DNA from: Waddliaceae bacterium | GTDB taxonomy: Bacteria > Chlamydiota > Chlamydiia > Chlamydiales > Waddliaceae | Direction of reading: 5' to 3' | Length of the DNA: 64,000 bases | Assembly (NCBI GenBank): GCA_963724325.1 | Contig: CAVRUH010000001.1 | Span: 1,047,178 to 1,111,177 of the forward strand | Shown: positions 61,345 to 64,000 of the stretch, in pieces | Layout of the letters: every line of letters starts with the position of its first letter | Numbering within the stretch: the stretch's first letter is position 1 | Notes under the pieces: model-generated | Seen by the model: only the letters and a program-made list of their open reading frames with translations | Database searches by the model: none | What the model was told of the DNA's origin: nothing | Program-made: the position numbers and the translations under genes

Positions 61345-61541
61345 ACAGGATATGTAGGCCATATGCATCAACTTAAAAAAAATTAACACCGAGTTCACCG
61401 AGAAAACAGAGTTAGCAGAGAGAATTATTTTACACTCAATGAGCTATCTTGTGTTCTCTCGTGATCTCCGTGGTAAAAGATATTTTAGGTTGATACGTAT
61501 GCCTTCATATCCTGCAGCTCGCAATCCTTTATATCCTGTTT
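61345..61541. repeat. MITE-like family B element (61360-61501) nested between family A arms
   Basis: TIRs CATATGCATCAACTTAAAA / TTTTAGGTTGATACGTATG flanked by ACAGGATATGTAGG and CCTTCATATCCTG. Confidence 0.8.
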
Positions 61542-61543
61542 TT

Positions 61544-62020
61544 TTAGGGGCCGGCCATGATTGTAAATGTGGCGGTATTTGTTGCTGATGTCACGGGAGC
61601 TGCGGATACCGAAGCAGTTAAGGTGTAGGTGAGTGTTCTACCAGTCTGATTTGTAGCCTTCATGGCATTGCAGAGTGTGCTTGCGGTTGTACTTAGAGTT
61701 GGAGTAAAAACAGTCGCTCCTGTTGGAGTTAGTATAGTTAGTGTTAATGTGGTGTCGGAAGGCATATTAGAACTTAAGCCGACAGTGATTTTCCTTGCAG
61801 CTGTATTTGTTGTGTAGCTAATAGAGGTTGAGGTATTGGTTACGTCGGCTGGCGAGGAACCTGCCGCTGGCACCGTTGTTGTCATTGTTGGACCTCCGGT
61901 GACAGATATGGCATCGATTGCGTTTACGACCATTGTTACAGACTGTGTAGCTGTAGTACTGGCCGCATTTACAAAAGAAATGTGAGAGATGCATATAAGT
62001 AAAAGCAGTTTTTTTTTCAT
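61544..62020 (-). CDS. Pilin-like secreted subunit (paralogue of 15390)
   Basis: Signal peptide; ASTTATQSVTMVVNAIDAISV, TTN..ARKIT, TYTLTASVSAA. Confidence 0.75.
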   Translation of the reverse strand: MKKKLLLLICISHISFVNAASTTATQSVTMVVNAIDAISVTGGPTMTTTVPAAGSSPADVTNTSTSISYTTNTAARKITVGLSSNMPSDTTLTLTILTPTGATVFTPTLSTTASTLCNAMKATNQTGRTLTYTLTASVSAAPVTSATNTATFTIMAGP

Positions 62021-62022
62021 AT

Positions 62023-62457
62023 CTACATAATGGTCAGTGTTACAGTAGTTGATGTTGTTCCCGTCGCTGCAGCGCTCGTTGCAGAAAACGTATATGTTAT
62101 TGTATTAGAAGCTGTTGTGATGGGAAGGGAGGTTTCAAGACTTTGGGCTGTGGTGCTTAGTGATACAATAGCAGAAGAGGCTCCTGCAGCTGCTCGCAAA
62201 TCTATTTTCAAAGTTCTTCCTGTAGCAAGGGCTGGAGAACAGCTTCCCGTGATTTTATTCAAACCAGTTCCTGTATTTGTAAAAGTATATGTCGTTGAGG
62301 CGTCTGTTACTGCCGTGGGGGCTGATCCAGCAGTTGCCGATGAAACAGTCAGTGTGCCCGGATTTCCTGATACAGATAAACTCATGGCGGCAGCATTGAT
62401 ATATGTGGAAAATGTGCAAAATAACAGAATAGAAATGCCTAGATACGAGCGATTCAT
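62023..62457 (-). CDS. Pilin-like secreted subunit lacking the N-terminal extension
   Basis: SVSGNPGTLTV.SATAGSAP nearly identical to the 15390 protein. Confidence 0.75.
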   Translation of the reverse strand: MNRSYLGISILLFCTFSTYINAAAMSLSVSGNPGTLTVSSATAGSAPTAVTDASTTYTFTNTGTGLNKITGSCSPALATGRTLKIDLRAAAGASSAIVSLSTTAQSLETSLPITTASNTITYTFSATSAAATGTTSTTVTLTIM

Positions 62458-62586
62458 GAAAGACCTACGTTTATGCTGAATGGATATATTCTAAATATTC
62501 TAAATTGTCAACCTCGTAGGTTGACATTGAAATAAAAATTTGCTATTTCTTGTCCCAGATCTGAAAAAAACAAGGGAAAGGATGCT

Positions 62587-63492
62587 ATGTTAAAGATTTT
62601 AATGATTGCTGTGTTGTGCTTCCAGAGCCTCTATGCGCTGGATGTAGAACAAGAAAAGAAAGCTATTGGAGAAAGGCTGCACAAATTTGCAGAAGCTGTC
62701 AATAAGGATAAACCAGAAGTATATTCGACCTATTGGACCGAAGATGCTGAGTTTTTCACACCGATAACGGGTGAACTTATCGAAGGGAAAAAAGATATTA
62801 CTGAATTTATGAAGAAAAGAACCAAAGAAATTAAGGATCGAAACCTTCAATTCAGTTTTAAACCAACGAAAATCGAGATTCCCGACGTAAACACGGCTAT
62901 TGTTGAGGGTGTTGTGGAAGTTACCGATAAAGGTAAACTTATTCAGCGTACAGCCCGTCGTATTGAACTGGCAAAGGTAAATGGTGAATGGGATCTGGAT
63001 ATGGTTAGCGAAATTGAAGTCCCACCCCCTCCAGCATTATATGTTCACCTAAAAGGTCTAGAATGGCTGGTTGGAAACTGGGAAGATAATGATGAGGATG
63101 TAAATATCACTTTTGCAACCAACTGGGATAAATTTAAGAATTTTATTACACAACGCTTCACCATGGAAGTTTATGGGATGGATGCAATTGAAGGCTTCCA
63201 AATTATTGGATGGGATCCCATTGAAAAGAAAATCCGCTCTTGGGTATATGACTCTGACGGTGGTTTTGGAACAGGTCTCTGGAGCATGAAAGGGAACAGC
63301 TGGCAAGTAGAACTGGATTACACCTTAAGTGATGGTACAAAGGGTACGGCTACGAACATATATACAAAAGTGAATGACAATAGTTATACATTCGCTTCAA
63401 TCAATCGGAAGATTGGCACAGAAAAACTGCCAGATCTTGAGCCTGTAACTGTTCCATTCCGTCGCGCATCCCGCCAAATGTTGGCGCGCTGA
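62587..63492 (+). CDS. Secreted NTF2-like protein (SgcJ/EcaC, DUF4440-type); last ~13 codons derive from foreign high-GC DNA
   Basis: Signal peptide; WTEDAEF, LEWLVGNW, IIGWDP..IRSWVYDSDGGFG. Confidence 0.8.
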   Translation: MLKILMIAVLCFQSLYALDVEQEKKAIGERLHKFAEAVNKDKPEVYSTYWTEDAEFFTPITGELIEGKKDITEFMKKRTKEIKDRNLQFSFKPTKIEIPDVNTAIVEGVVEVTDKGKLIQRTARRIELAKVNGEWDLDMVSEIEVPPPPALYVHLKGLEWLVGNWEDNDEDVNITFATNWDKFKNFITQRFTMEVYGMDAIEGFQIIGWDPIEKKIRSWVYDSDGGFGTGLWSMKGNSWQVELDYTLSDGTKGTATNIYTKVNDNSYTFASINRKIGTEKLPDLEPVTVPFRRASRQMLAR

Positions 63493-64000
63493 CCAATCTC
63501 GTGGATTTTCAAACCGCGCCGTTCCCCTACCACGGCATGACGCCCGGATCGGGCCGACCGTTCCTCAACGCCGGCGAAGAGGGCCATCGCGGCCATACCA
63601 GTTTCCGCGGCCATTCGCTTTGGGAGTCGCAGACTTTCAGCGATGACCGGGTGTTGTTGCACATCCCGCCCGGCTTCGACCCGCGACGTCCGGCGGTCAT
63701 CGTTGTGTTCTTTCATGGCCATGGAGCCACCCTGGCGCGCGACGTGCGCGATCGCCAGCAGGTGCCGGCGCAGATCACGGCGGCCGGCGCCAACGCGGTA
63801 TTGGTGGCGCCACAATTCGCCGTCGACGCGGCCGATTCCAGCGCTGGAAAATTCTGGGAGGTGAACGGCTTCAAGCGATTCCTCGACGAAGCCGCGGTGA
63901 AGCTCGCCTATATGTACGGCGATCCGCGCAGCGCCTTGATATTTGCGAAAATGCCGATCGTGATCGTCTCCTATAGCGGCGGCTTCGGTCCGACTTTGTC
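63456..64000 (+). CDS. Partial alpha/beta-hydrolase-like gene in high-GC DNA, open to the window end
   Basis: Frame reads LVDFQTAPFPYHG...VLLHIPPGFDPRRPAVIVVFFHGHG...LVAPQFAVDAADSSAGKFW...IVSYSGG. Confidence 0.75.
   Translation, partial: MPSRIPPNVGALTNLVDFQTAPFPYHGMTPGSGRPFLNAGEEGHRGHTSFRGHSLWESQTFSDDRVLLHIPPGFDPRRPAVIVVFFHGHGATLARDVRDRQQVPAQITAAGANAVLVAPQFAVDAADSSAGKFWEVNGFKRFLDEAAVKLAYMYGDPRSALIFAKMPIVIVSYSGGFGPTL

Noticed and set aside
63384..63864. ORFs 63384-63815 (-) and 63643-63864 (+)
   Set aside because: Shadow frames of the high-GC hydrolase-like gene

Overview
AT-rich bacterial DNA from an environmental member of the Chlamydiae, probably Parachlamydiales-like. This is inferred from a Pkn1-type kinase-FGE fusion, a chlamydial-style uhpC-dnaE-bamD-lptE...dacC gene order and many effector-like orphans. 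The housekeeping blocks (sucA-sucB-lpdA, uhpC, dnaE, dacC, mnmA, bioY) are interleaved with accessory DNA. (1) A chaperone + usher-like barrel + pilin-like operon at 11.9-15.9 kb, with two more pilin paralogues at 61.5-62.5 kb, looks like a non-canonical chaperone-usher pilus. (2) A duplicated six-gene array of modular effector-like paralogues at 27-36.7 kb carries palindromic cassettes and a cargo-bearing IS481-like element. (3) Several nested REP/MITE-like palindrome families occur, one amplified into a 6 x 164-bp tandem array. (4) An X-A-Y-X-B-Y cassette junction lies before mnmA. (5) Small indels hit dnaE and an F-box/LRR gene and are probably consensus errors. (6) The sequence switches abruptly to high-GC, alphaproteobacterial-looking DNA at about 63.45 kb, probably a chimera. 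No rRNA, tRNA or CRISPR array was recognised. All family assignments come from motif recognition by eye, not from database searches.
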